Below, one piece after another: positions 1-12,977 of a DNA stretch of 64,000 nucleotides. The notes under the pieces were generated by a model. The model was not told the origin of the DNA. It did no database searches and saw only the letters and a program-made list of their open reading frames with translations. The position numbers and the translations under genes were made by a program. Within the stretch, counting starts at the first letter, position 1, and each line of letters begins with the position of its first letter. Origin of the DNA: Geosiphon pyriformis uo1 (taxonomy: Eukaryota > Fungi > Glomeromycota); the NCBI GenBank assembly GCA_016748015.1, contig JAAOMT010000577.1:186001-250000 (forward strand). The letters run 5' to 3'.

Positions 1-660
1 TATAATAAAAATATATTAAACTAAAACATAAAAAGTTAAAAGTAAATTTAATTTAATTATTTTATTAAGTTAATTATTTAAATTATAATTATTAAAAATA
101 AATTAACTTAAAAACAATTTAGTTTTTTCTATATTATTTTTAATATTAAAAAAGTATTTATTAAAATAATACATATTTAAAAGTTAAATTATTTAAAAAA
201 ACATCTTAGTAATATTTATTTTATTATTATTTATTTAATCAAAATCTATTTTAATCTTAAAATTAGCAAAGTTTTTAAACAAATTAACCAAAATTAATAT
301 AAATTTTTAGTAATATTATTTATTTTAACTAATTTAACATTTAATTTAAAACTTAATTAACTATTTGCAACCAAAAAAATAACCAAAACAACTAAAAAAC
401 TAATTGATTTAATAACAAATTTTATTAATACAATTAGATTAAAAATTTTAAATTTTAAATTTTAAAAAATTTAATTTAGAATTAATTATAAAATTAATAA
501 TAATAATAAAAGTAATCAAAAATATGTTAACAAAAAACAAAAGTTTTAATATAAAACTTTGAAACTATTAAAAAACTTAAAAAAAATTTTAAATAAAACA
601 ATAATATTTTATAAATAATAATTAAATAATTTAAACTCTAATATTTAAAACAATATTAAG
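1..660. mobile_element. Highly degenerate transposon relic (unclassified, possibly Gypsy gag region)
   Basis: Extremely AT-rich, no CpG seen, same surviving k-mers (ACCA, AGC) as the neighbouring identifiable relics; weak similarity to the reverse complement of the 28.5-28.6 kb gag region. Confidence 0.35.
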
Positions 661-949
661 AATTAAAAGTTTTTTTTTAATTTTGAATAAAGCTCAAATA
701 TTATTTAGCATAATATATTAGATTAAGTAATCTAAACTAGATGTGAATCATGTATTTTTTATATGTGATCAGTTATTTAAGCCAATTAAAGCAATATTAT
801 AAATCTATATTAACAAAAACCATATAATTTATAGCTAAAAAAAACTATAAAGCTTATGTAAACCAAAATTAATATTATATGTCTTTGTAATTCTAAGTAA
901 TCTAATAATACTATTAAAGAACAAAGAAAATAAACCATAAATTATTGAA

Positions 950-3900
950 GATACAAAACTATTATGTACAATTAATCATTTTTTTTCATAATTGTTTTAT
1001 ATTTAAATTTTACTAATTACACTTTAACATAATAGATTATTTCCAAGTCTTATACAAAGTCAATAATTTTCTTACTTACAACTTTGGCACAACCAAAAAC
1101 AGAAACAGTTTCCAAATACTACTTCTTAAACACAAAATCTTTGCATAAAACAGTATAAATAATATTATTAAATATATATAAAAAAAGCATTTACAAGATA
1201 CAAAATAATAATAAACTCAAATCTGATATGGAATTTTTACCAAATCAAATATGATCCAAGTAAATTTTTATAAACAATAAAATTTATTCTGCACATAAAA
1301 AAATAATCAGAAAGTTCTATCTTTTTACAATAAAAACACAATACATTAGAGTATTTCTTATTATATAGGCACTTATAAACAGTAATAAATAAATGATAAT
1401 ACAAAGTCTTTATAAAATATGAATATAAACCAACAATAAATTTACTTATGAAACCAGATATTATATATAAGTCAGAATACCAAACTAACAATATCCAAAT
1501 TCAGTTTATATCTCTAATTATGTTTTTATTAATAATATTAAATCCAAATTCAATCTTTTAATAAACATGACAAACAGTTTTAAAAACATTTTAAGCAAAA
1601 TAATGAGCATTTTCAAATATTATCTTCTTACCAACTCTAATATATCTTTTTTTAACTAAAACAAAAAACACCAATTTAAATATACAGTTATGTTAACCAG
1701 CTTATTAGCATGTTTATTACTCAAAATATTTGAATGGTTTTTAATTTTACACTAAACAATACCCAGATTCTTACACCTAATAAAATTTACAATATAATAT
1801 CTCTTAAGTTAACAATAATTGTAAAAGTCCGATACAAAAAATTCAATTTTACAGTATAAGTCTTCAAAGTAATCTGGCTGTCTAAATACATTATTATTGC
1901 ATTAAAAACAGGAACATATTCCAAGATTAAAGCAATTATCTATAATTTTGCCAAGATAGAAAAAACCAAACTTCTAACTTTAACATTTGTACTTAGATTT
2001 AAGATAAAAAAAATACAGCTATTCCATATCTTATGACATTTGTATTTAAATTTTTCAAAAACTTATCCATATAAAAATTAATAAAATCTAAATTAACATT
2101 AAAAAGACAATACTTTACTACAGAAAAACAACTGAAATCAAGAACATTTAAAAGTTAAAAGCCACTAATAAGTAATTGATTAGCTAGATAAAAACCAGTA
2201 TTAACCAATAATTATATGCTAATTTAAACCAAACAGGAACTAGGCTTTTAGGATTAAGTCTTTTCCAATAATAAAAACTTTTTTAATAAAAAATCAACTC
2301 TTTTTTGTTATATAGCTGTTCAATAAAAGCAATACCAAATTTTCTAAGTAAATAAGAAATATTATAAAACATTAAACTTTTTAAAATAGAAAACATTAAA
2401 GTACTACCAAAAAAATAAAATGCAAAGAATAAATTGTTCATAAAAAAAACATTATAATTTAATAAATTCTTATTATATTAGCTAAAAAATTGTTAATTAG
2501 ACTGATTTCTAACTTTACAGAATACTGCAAAAAATAATTAGGAGATCAATTCAGCACTTGTAAATTTAAAGACCTATAATTAAACAAATAACTAAAAATA
2601 TTATTAATATTAACAAAACTTAATACAAAGGCCACTTTACTCTCTATTTGGATTTGTTTAAATATTTTCAAGTCATACAAAGATGAATAATAAAGAGTTT
2701 CATTGGAAAAATTTCTTGACAAATCAGTTTTTGTCTTCAAACTCCTCTTAATTAGCATATTTTATTTGTTGTTTATACTCTTAAAAACAAAACTAAACTG
2801 GATTTTATAACTAATTATGAGATACAATACAACCAAGACCAAATAAAAAAACTGTTTATTTAAAATAATCTTCTTCAAAATTATATTAACAAAAAACTTA
2901 AAATCCAAATAAGTTTTTATTAAACTGGACTTGAACAAACTTTTAGATGACAAAAAAATACTCAAATATCTATAAAACTCTCTTTTTTGTGTAATAAAAA
3001 TTGGCCAGCCACTTATTAATAATAAAGCATTTTTGATTTTTTAATTAATTAAAATAATCACTATTTTTTTATTGTTAATAAAAATATTATTAATATTAAA
3101 AATTTACTTACAATGTTCAAAATACACTAAATAGCAGTCTAACTATTTTTTATTCAAATTATGTTATTAATAAAAGCACTAGTTATTAGGTAAAAATTTA
3201 ACTTAACTTGGCTTTTAACTTTGCTAGTTTTAACAATAAACTAAGTATTAATACAATAATCATACAAACTTTTATGTTTTTTTACTTCACATAAGAGAGA
3301 ATTATAAAAAAATTTTCAAAGCAGAGAAAAAAAAAATTTCTTTTAGTTTAAACTATTATGTATCTAATACCCATCAATAAAATCATAATTTATTATAACT
3401 TAATTAATTTTGTTATTGTAAATACTACCAAAAAACTTATATATTTTTATTTAAAACAAACTGTTTTTTAAATAATGTTACCTAACAAAATCATAAGCCT
3501 TGTGTATATTTTGCAAAACCAGCTAAAGTTCACAATTCTTTTTTAATACATTTTTTATTACTAAGCCCATCATAAAAATAAAAAATTAAGTAGTAATATC
3601 TTTTAATACAGAAAAATTGTTATTGTAAAGAATATTAAATCTGTTACAAACCAATAAAATCTTATTAGAAAGTATTTTGAAAAGAATTTTTTGAGCAGTT
3701 TTGATTAATATAATTGGCTTAATATTAGTTAAAACATTTTTCCATTCATAAAATTTAAAAATTATTAATATTTGTATTTTTTTTCAGAATTAAGATACAG
3801 ATTTACATATTAAACAGAAATTCAAAAAATCTGTAAGCATTGTGAAAACAAAAGCATTGTAATGTTTTTAAAGTTTATTGGTAATATTAAACAGAACAGT

Positions 3901-5463
3901 GGTTTTTTTATTAGGCAAGTTTTTAATCACTTATAGGACATTATTATAAGTAATAATATTTATAATTTCAGAAAAAACACTATTATCAACATAATTTAAA
4001 AGCAGATATTAATAATACTATAGATTAAAAACATAATTCAACACTAATATCTTTTTTATCTAATTTTCTATTATTATATTAATCTTAAATTTAATCTTAT
4101 TAAAGTTTGAAATCAATTTATTATTAATAACCAAGTAATTTAAAACTATTTTTTAAAATAGACACTCCAATATACTTCTAATTATATAATTCTTATTAAT
4201 AGCAAAGCTTTCTATTGACTTGTTAATAGCAAATTTAATAATTAATTTTTCAGTTCTCAATAACTTTACAAGCTTGAAAGCATGATAAAATTTCTTCATA
4301 TCAAACAAAACAAATCTTATACAATCAAAATTAGCACTAGAATTCAAAAAAACCTGGACATCTAATGTCTTATTATTGTTTAAAAACATCCAGTGCTTTA
4401 TTAAAAAACAAACTTATTATTAAGTCTTATATGCAAAGATTTAACAATTTTTAAAACCAAACTTCTAACTTGTAAAATTTAAAAAATTTTTTGGTAAAAA
4501 CATTATTAAAATTTTTGAATTATTTTTTTTTAAACATTTTATTAGCCAATAAACACATTATTTTATAAATAACATCTTATATTGCATTTAGATCCAAGAA
4601 TCTTTTAGACATAACAAATTTATCAAAAAATATTGCAATATTATTTATTATAATATTTTTGAATTTAAACTATTTGGCATTATTAACACCTTTAAAATCA
4701 AACTTTTAACAATTTCTATTAGTCTATTTACAAAAAAAGTTTAATTATATATCAAGCAAACCACCTAACTTTACAAAAACAGAAACAATTTAATGATTAG
4801 TATTAAAATGCTTATTAATATTTAAAACTACATGATCTATTATTGCATTAATTAAACTTAAAAAAATAAATATGTAATTAATTGTTTTTTTAATATTTTT
4901 TAAATTTTTCTATATTGAAATATTTGCAATTGAGCTTTCCATTAAAAAATTAACCAGTCTTAGATTCAGACATTTTTTGAAATTAACACATTTGTAAAAA
5001 CCATTTTTATTGAAATTACCATTCAAGATTACAAAAAAAAATTTGTTTACAGACTTCACAATCAGCAAGTTGATTTTTTTAGCTTAAGCCAAGCATATTA
5101 TTAGAACAGTACTAAAATACAATTCTAAAATCGAAATAGAAAATTTATTTTTAAAAAACAACTTAATAAACAAAAGCTGACTAACAACTTTAAAAATTTT
5201 GCATACATGTTTCATTAAAGTAATGTTCATAATAATTACAATATCAGAATTCAAGTAACCAGAGTTGAAACCAGAAGTGAAAATTTAAATATTATTAAAC
5301 TTGTTAACAATTTATGGACAAATTTTTCTCTTCAATTTTATTTCAATAATAATAAAAATCAAATTATTTATTTCTTTATACCAATAAATAATATTTTCTT
5401 ACTTAGCAAAAATGTTTATACTCCTAATATTATATATAGTAATTTTTTATACCAAATCAGTTA
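950..5463 (-). pseudogene. LINE ORF2 relic (AP endonuclease, reverse transcriptase, RNase H, CCHC finger)
   Basis: Begins 'ITDLV*KITIYNIRSIN...IIEIKLK' (APE N-terminal NxRG..ETK-type motifs); catalytic Asp/Gly/Trp codons converted to Asn/Lys/stop. ORF-track fragments 1237-1491, 2546-2758, 2762-2965 and 4153-4389 belong to it. Confidence 0.8.
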
Positions 5464-5499
5464 TTATTAAAAAAAGATACTCAAACTTAAATTATTATT

Positions 5500-7347
5500 A
5501 TTTATCTTAACTAATAAGTCCATAATTATAATTAACAAATTGTTTATCTTTACTTTTAACTTTAAAACTATTGAGTAATTCAAAAATTCTACTTTTATAA
5601 TAGTATTACTATTATTGGCTGCACTTGAACTTTTACTTATTACTATATCTGTTCCTTGATTTTGTAATGAAAAGATTACTAATGATTAATATTCAGAATT
5701 AGGTTAAAAAACTATTAGCCCAAATGCATCTAACTTTTTAGTTAGCTTGTCAATTTGCTTTACAAGACTAGTAAAACTGTACTTAAGAACAGCAAATTTT
5801 TTATTTACTTTCAAAAAACCAATAAAAAAAATTAGCATCTAAAAATAAATCAGCACTAGAAAAAATTAAAGACAATACAAGAATTAAAATCACCTGCAAT
5901 TTAAGTCCAAGTTTTTTTACCAAATAAAACTGAATAAAGCAATTGGTATCTATTTCTTCTTATATATATTTGCTAAACAAACCTAATTTTAAGAATTAAA
6001 TATTTTTTACTATAATTACTTAGACTTTCACTTATTAAATATATATTAAATTTATAACTTAACTATTTACATTAAGCATAACAGACTAAAAAAAACCAGT
6101 TCGATACAAATTTACACTCTTAAAAACTAAAACAGAATTGATAGTGGTTTTTTTTAATGTTTTATTAACAAAACAAACTACAACACATTTGTTACATACA
6201 TAAAAACTTAGATTATGATCAATAAAACAAGTTTTTTATCATAAAACATTAATAAATTAAAAAAATCATGAACATTTGTCTTAATTAATAAAGTATAAAA
6301 AACCTAATAATAATCTCTAGTTATTCATGTTTATTTATTATTAATAGTCAGTATTATATAAACAGAATTTTTTCTCATAAGTACTAACTATTTAAATGTA
6401 ATTAAACCAATAATTTTAGATGATTTAAACTTGATCAAAGTTTTTTGTCAAAAACCAATAAGCTATATCTTAATTAATACAATTTTACTAAATTTAGAAA
6501 AAACTGACTTTACAATCAATTTAAAAAATTTACTGGAATTTTTTTGACAATAATTTCCTAATTAATATGACTGTTTATTTTTTAAATATTATTATTTACC
6601 AAAATTTTTTTATTAATAGCCATTTTTTTAGCCTTTTTTAAACTTTATTTTGATATAAAAAATAATTTGATTATTCTTGAAAATTTTAAGTAAATACTTC
6701 TCCAAAACTATCAACATAATAAAAATTTTTTTTTATTGCAATCAATTTATCATTATTGGTTTTGTTAAATACAACATACAACTTAATATTTAATATAAAA
6801 AATTTAATTGATTCAAATTTTTTTTTAAGATACATAATTTAACTACAAATAAATACTTGGTACTAAAAAACTTAGAAACCAGAAGTGTCAAAATGTTATT
6901 TTTGTCATTATTGTCACTTAAATTATTGAAAAATTTTTTTTTTGGCTGGTTATCCAAAGTATATGTTCTAATATACATTTTTTTAGGTGTAGTATTATCT
7001 ATTGTATTATCTATTTCTAAAGCATTTGAATTTACATAGCTAGTTTTTTTAATAATTATGTTTTTTATGTTTTCAATATTTAAAATACTACTAATATTGT
7101 TTGTTTTATTCACAACTTTACTATCTCAAAATTTAACAGAATTAATATTGCCTATTTTTAAATTAATAAATTAAAAAAACCAGCAGACAATTCAACTAAA
7201 CTGTTTCTAATATCAGGTTTTTTCAGTTTTTTGTAAAAAGTATTATAAAAGTAAACACTTTTTACATATTTTTTTTGTGCCACACTGGGTTCTCAATTCA
7301 GTTGAATCAAAATTTGACCTATTAGCAGAAAAGCTTACTAGTTCTAT
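5500..7347 (-). pseudogene. LINE ORF1 relic (RRM-type nucleic-acid-binding protein)
   Basis: Stop-riddled frame with an RRM-like segment; the ORF-track fragment 6790-7113 is part of it. Confidence 0.65.
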
Positions 7348-7388
7348 AGTCACAAATAAAGATATATTAAAGAAATAATTGTGAAATT

Positions 7389-7591
<203 letters not shown>

Positions 7592-8449
7592 TTATTTTTT
7601 TGGTAAATTTTTGCTCTTATTATGACCAAAAAATTAACAAAAAAAAAAGCTTTTACAATTTTTATAAGTTTTTTATTAAATATAATACTTTAAAAAAGTA
7701 TTAATTTTAATAATTACAATATTTAAATTTTTTTAAAATCAAATATAATAAAGAAAACAAAAAATAAAAAAAGTATAATTAACAATCTAGAAAACCAGCT
7801 TAATTTTAAAAACTATGTAACCAAAAAAAATTAACCAATTTGGTCTTAAAATTATTATTAAAAACAATAATTTAATTTTAATTAATTAAAAAAAACTTTT
7901 AATACTATTTTTTTTATCAATATAAATTAATAAGCAAAAAGTAGTATTAGCAATAAAAAAAGACTTAAAATAAATAATAACATGAAATTGCAAGTTAACA
8001 AACTTTAATTAATAAATACAATTTTATTAAAAATATTTAATATAAATTTAATATTATTAAAAGTAATATTAAAAAATATTACAAAGAGCACTAACAAAAA
8101 AATAAAAAATTAACAAAAACTACAAAAAACTTTGTATTTTTAACTGTTAATATTATTTTAAATATTAAAATTTTTAAAAATTATTTTATTAGTGCAAAAT
8201 TTTATTAAAAACTATGGTTTTTTTGGTTTATTATTATTATTATTATTTATATTGTAATTAGCTCTAAAAAATAATTATATTAAATAAATTTGTTTTTGTA
8301 AATTTATTGTAATTTGATCTTAATTAATTTAAGTAATTAGTTATATATAAAAAATATTTAATTTATATTTAATTTAAACTATTTTGGTTATATTAATTTA
8401 AATAATAATTGAATCTACTTTATTAAAAATTAAAAATTAAAAACAAAAT

Positions 8450-9730
8450 TATTGTTTATATTAATAAAATAATTATATAATACAAAATATTTAAAATTAT
8501 TAAATTTTAATTATTAATCTAAAATTTATATAATTCCTAATAAGATTTTTAAATATAATTAAAGACACAAATTTAAAACTTGAAAATATTAATAATTACA
8601 ATTTTTTTAACATAATATTTGCTGCTTTCTTATATTTTATATTAAAATTTAGTTTACAATAAAATTTAAAATAAAAAATACATTAATGTTTTTTTAATTA
8701 TTTTTGCAATTGTATTATTTTGTGCCAATAATTTGAGTTTTAAAAATTATTTGGTATACATAATAAAAGTTTAATTGTAATTATATTTTTTGTTTTTAAT
8801 TAAAAGTTGTTTAATAGTTTTTTTTTAATAAAATTTAATGCCTTTTTAATTTTTTATTATAATATTTTAATGTAAATACCACTAATTATTTGGTTTAAAA
8901 TATGTATTATGCATTTTTAATTATTTTTATATTTATTAATAAATTTTGTTTTAAATTTTGCTAAATAACAGTAAACTTTTGTGTTTTCAACCACTTTTTA
9001 CAATATGCAGCCATATTTTTATTATCAATTAATTTAATTGTTTTTTTGTTTTTTCTTGATATAATATTAACAATATATTATTAATTTTTTAATAATTTTT
9101 TAAATATTTAATTTGTTATATATATTTTAAATTTCATTCTTGGTAAACATTATTGCTGCAACTTTTAAACTAACATTTATTTTGTCATGACTATATTTAT
9201 CTAATTGTTTAAAGATATTTAAAATTCATTGAATTTTTTGTTTAATTTAGTTGGCATTTTGCCAAGTTTCAGAATTTTACTAGAACAAGTATTTATTTCA
9301 TGTAAAAAAGATTCAATATTGTTTACACTAATATATTGTGTAATTTTGGCAGTATTATTGGCTGTTTTTGTTTAATATTTTTCATAAAATGTTGATTTTT
9401 TTGGTTTTGCCTGTCAAATAAAGACCATGTTTTTGTTTTTCAAATGTTGAATTCTTATTTCATGCCAAATCCAATTTGGTTGTCATTAGTTTTGCTTGAA
9501 TTTTAGTCTCTTTTTTTAAATTAATCTTATCTCATCATCATCGTTGCCCCAATCTCTTTTCTTGCCACTTTTTTAATGTTTCTCCTTATTATTCCTCCCC
9601 ACCATCATTCCAATATTCCTTCTTGCCATTCTTCCAATAATCTTTCTTTCTATTTTCCAATAATCTTTTTCGCTATTTCTTTTCTTACCGAATTTGATAT
9701 TTAGATTTTTGATTTGGTCGGCCAGATGTC
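8450..9730 (-). mobile_element. Degenerate, internally deleted DDE transposase (IS630/Tc1-like fungal family)
   Basis: Minus-strand translation: 'DWGNDDD' ~9535-9555, 'HGLYLTGKTKKSTFYEKY' ~9375-9430, 'KTIKLIDNKNMAAYCKKWLKTQ' ~8980-9045, 'KMHNTYF' ~8900, 'CIFYFKFYCKLNF...KAA' (CIFYPKFHCELNFIE..WGAAK-type) ~8620-8685. Confidence 0.7.
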
Positions 9731-10070
9731 TGCTGATTTTTCCGAAATCGAGTCAATAACTAATATATAAATTTGTTCAGATATTGTCATTTTATCAGAT
9801 CCAATTTGAATTATTCACAATTCTATTTTTGCTAACAATTTTCGGGTGTAAACCATAATTCCCCGCCTGCGTCGTACAAGTTATAATAATTTTAGAGCTA
9901 CCTCTATGTTACAAATTCCAAATTAAAATAAATGAACCTGATTTATGAAGGTTAATTTTGTAGACGCTTTTTCAGGTATATTTGTTCTGACTGCTCTTTC
10001 CAAATACTCGCGGCATTTATCACATTTCTACGAACCAAAACCACAGGCGTCTTTCTTGAAAGGTTGAACT

Positions 10071-12531
10071 ATGGCTACCGAGCTAGATATTCGTTTAGTG
10101 GTAGCTGTGGGCAAGTGTTTTACCCATAGGAAAAATTTGTCAATGTATTTACTTTTGTTCTCCTTCGCTCCGCTATAACTTATAATTTTATTTTTGGTTT
10201 CTTTACTTTTGAAAAGATTTTGGTACCACATTTTCAACCTTTGCCTATGCAAATAAACGTAAGTCAGCTTGATGAATTTTTATTTTGTTTAAGATTTGCA
10301 ATCTCCTCTTGTCTGATTGGCTTTCATGTTTAGAAAACCCGGACGATATTGTAACAAACGACAGTTGGCCGGAACAGTCCGGTTCTTTTAAGACAAATAC
10401 TGCCCTTCAATATAATGATCAATTTCAAGTAGTCAAATGGTAAGTTTTTGAATTTAAGACTCGCAACTATTTTAAATAAATTAACGGAGTTAGGGATTTT
10501 TCTATTTTTATTTAGGGGTTATCCTGCCCTAGCTCAAGGTATTTTGATTAAAAAACCCATCTTTTTATCTATTAATTGCAGCGAATTGACCCTAATTTTA
10601 ATAAAGAACCCCAAGCAAAAAAGAAAAAGCGATTACCGGACGGCTCAGAAAATAAACCGGTTGAGTTATTTAAATTATGTTTGGCTGATAAGTTAACACC
10701 AGATCAGAAACCCGTCCTACCCCCAGGAATTGATCATAAACGAGCTATTACTGATTATTTACGGGAAATGGGTAAAGTAAGTAGAAAATCTTTAATAGGT
10801 TTTATTTAATCAAACTTCTTTTTACTTTTCTAATATTCCAATTTAAATGAATTGAATTTCATAGCTGATAATCGAGACTCTTTCATCCCGATGGCCCGGA
10901 ATCATATTTCCTCAACAAGTTCGAGTTGTCCTAACAGTACCTGCTGAGTGGCATGGTAAATTCACTAGATTTCACAATATTTTTAATGATCCTAATAGAA
11001 ATATTAAAATCTATCCTTTTAGATGAATCCAAAGCTTTTATGCGTCTATGTGCGTTTGATGCTGGACTCACAGATTCTTTAAAATCTGATAATCTGGAAT
11101 TTACTACTGAACGTGCGTACATACCCAATGATATTCAAAGTTTATTTCACTATTATTTTTACCTGATTTTGACTAAATATTTCTAGCTGAGGCTGCGGCT
11201 ATTCATTGTATATCAATATTGAAGGAACATCAATTAAGCGTTGGGTGTCAGTAAATTTTATTTAGAAAATTTTCATCACTTTAATCAAACAAAATTTTCG
11301 GTTAATTACTTTTTAATTTAATTTTTCAAATTAGCCTCATTCATGATTGTGGATTGTGGTGGTGGTACTGTAGATTTAACAACTAGGACATTGTTGCCCG
11401 GAAATAAATTGGGTGAAATCACTGAACGTGATGGTGCTCTATGTGGAAGTAGTTTTGTCGACAGAGAATTTGTACGATTCGTTGGACGCAAAGTTGGGAT
11501 GGGAGCGATGAACAAACTGAAAACCAATAATTATGGTCAACTGCAATACATGATTCAGCAATTTTGTATTAAAGCTAAATTCCCGTTTAATGGAAATCCT
11601 GCTGAATTTACAGCAAAGGATTTCGATATTGAGCGTGTTTGTCCTGCACTTATGAAATACGTAACGGGTGTTGCAGAAGAGCAAATGGAAGAAGCAGAAT
11701 GGCTGATTGAGCTGGATTTTGAAGCTGTCAAATCAATGTTTGATCTAGTTATTGACACTATTATAAATCTGATTCAAAAACAACTTAATGCATCAGAAGG
11801 CCGGGTCAAAAGCATGTTTTTGGTTGGCGGGTTTGCCGAATCTCAATATCTACAATTACGGGTGAAACAAGCCTTTTCGCGACATGTGCCCACTATTGCA
11901 GTACCTAAACATCCGATTGCAGCTATAGTTAGAGGTGCCCTTTCATATGGTAAGTAAGAATTTTGGAATTTTATAATAAACACATTTTAAAATATTCACC
12001 CATGCTTTTGAAAAGGTTTAAATATGGCGACAGTACAAACTCGAGTTTTAAAATGGAGTTATGGTGTTGAAGTTAGCTCTAAATGGGAAAAGGGTGACCC
12101 AGTAGAGCGTAAGACGCCGTCGGGACGCATATTTAGATTCCATCAATTAGCACAACGTGGTGCTGAAGTTTCGGTAGATCAAACTTTTAAGTATACCGCA
12201 GGTCCGGTAATTGCAAATCAAATGGATATGACTTTCAATATTTATATTACCCCAGCTGTTAGTGCTAGATATTGTGACGAAGACGGGATGAGAATGCTGG
12301 GAAAGATGAAGAGTGAGTATTCAAATCAATAGCATTCCTTTTCATTAGTTGTACTCCTTCAGAGTTATTAATTTTTGAGGCTTAATTGTAGTTGATCTAC
12401 CGGATCCTCGTCTTGGGAAAAGTCGGTTGGTTGAATTCTCTTTGTCGTTTGGTTCTATGGAAATCAAAGCTATCGCAAAAAATGTACGAAATGGTGGTGT
12501 TTACCAGTCCACTTTTGACTTAGAGTTTTGA
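10071..12531 (+). CDS. HSPA12-like atypical Hsp70 (actin-like ATPase domain), multi-exon
   Basis: Spliced reading MATELDIRLVVAV|DFGTTFSTFAYANK|QNPDDIVTNDSWPE...KTNTALQY..W|GYPALA..; 'VLTVPAEW', 'EAAAIHC', 'MIVDCGGGTVDL', 'LCGSSFVD', 'MFLVGGFAESQYL', 'AIVRGA'; stop TGA 12529-12531. First intron 10111-10216 is GC-AG. Confidence 0.92.
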
Positions 12532-12977
12532 AGATGGTATAATTTTAGTGTTTGGATTTTGCTTAATACCTGAAGGATGCGAGAACTCTGAAGATCGGTT
12601 AAATATTATTTACGAATGATTTTATGCTCGATGGTAAAATGGAGTCTCAGCGTTCCCAACCAAAAATCGAGTTCAGTTAACTAAATGTAATTTATCACTT
12701 TATATTTGCATGTATTTTAGAAAAACCGACTCCCATGATTTTAAAATTTATTTAACTTGTACAATCTTCATTAAATTATAAGCTTCATAATATTAAATTA
12801 TTCAGTAAACTCAAAAGCTGAGGCAAACTATTATTAATCCTTTAATAACTATCAAGCCTCGTGTCTTTCCTTAGAAATTAAATATTATTTGATGATCCCA
12901 TAATTTAATCGCCAAAATCGTTTCAAAGTAATGACATCAACTTGATTTCTTTCAGGATAAATTACAAAGGTCATGAA

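Larger units (their letters stand above)
670..7380 (-). mobile_element. Near full-length, hypermutated LINE-type non-LTR retrotransposon (ORF1 + ORF2 APE-RT-RNaseH-Zn finger)
   Basis: Minus-strand hand translation gives mutated motifs in canonical order: ORF1 start relic (ATA at 7347); RRM-like 'IVKKIPVNFLKLIVKSVFSKFSKIVLIKI*LIGF*QKTLIKF' ~6420-6550; APE 'VILNGNFNKNG' (GDFN-type) ~5000-5030; RT 'L*LVLQNIHKAYDFV' (D..KAYD) ~3480-3530 and 'AFINNII' (FVDD-type) ~3155-3180; RNase H 'FYMDKFLKNL' (YTDGS-type) ~2045-2080; C-terminal 'CFYCKKIELSDYFFMC' Zn finger in ORF 1237-1491; 3' poly(A) = T-run 670-678. Confidence 0.85.

Noticed and set aside
1237-7113. Short ORF-track ORFs as independent genes
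   Set aside because: Stop-free fragments of the mutated LINE ORF1/ORF2.
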